From NCBI RefSeq assembly GCF_001949145.1, contig NW_019091356.1:3640934-3704933 (forward strand): 64,000 bases of DNA. Direction: 5' to 3'. This document shows, in pieces, positions 63,849-64,000 of the stretch. Numbering within the stretch: the first letter of the stretch is position 1; each line of letters opens with the position of its first letter. The DNA is from Acanthaster planci. Lineage: Eukaryota. Position numbers and translations under genes: made by a program. A model generated the notes under the pieces. The model made no database searches. It saw only the letters and a list, made by a program, of their open reading frames with translations, and was not told the DNA's origin.

Positions 63849-64000
63849 GGGGTTAGGGTTAAAGCATACATAACATGTCATGCTGTATGAATTGACAGCA
63901 GATACATTTTTATTAACACAAATGTGCTGACCTTACATACTGGCACCTCGTGTGGGCTTGTGAACAAAAGATGTGCACAGGATGCAGGAAGGGAACACGT

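Noticed and set aside
63416..63890. ORFs containing X runs
   Set aside because: Artefacts of the N gap.

Overview
This is eukaryotic genomic DNA from a bilaterian invertebrate (inferred), with spliced genes and no prokaryotic operon or CRISPR structure. Four protein-coding genes are supported. (1) ptf1a, a bHLH factor on +, join(22545..23007,26190..26401), 224 aa with both RBPJ-binding motifs; it sits in a CpG-rich stretch with no other recognisable genes (about 1-39 kb). (2) A complete LanC-like gene (LANCL1/2-type) on +, 8 coding exons at 39955..44672, 405 aa. (3) A small, probably secreted single-discoidin (F5/8 type C) gene on -, about 48603..46445, with an uncertain 3' end. (4) The first coding exon of a formin-like gene (FMNL) on +, 52705..52824, followed by an intron over 11 kb that runs out of the window. 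Also present are MITEs, tRNA-derived SINEs, tandem repeats and a 332-nt N gap. The most interesting unexplained signals are: many CSL/RBPJ sites around ptf1a, including a 16-bp-spaced paired site and an intronic PTF1-type E-box/TC-box; strong local enrichment of TACATGTA in the FMNL intron, with one copy visible as a 6-bp insertion at a TA (a Tc1/mariner-type excision footprint); a tRNA-Thr-like unit between long inverted repeats; and a degenerate minimal hammerhead-like motif. All coordinates and counts were read by eye and no database searches were run.
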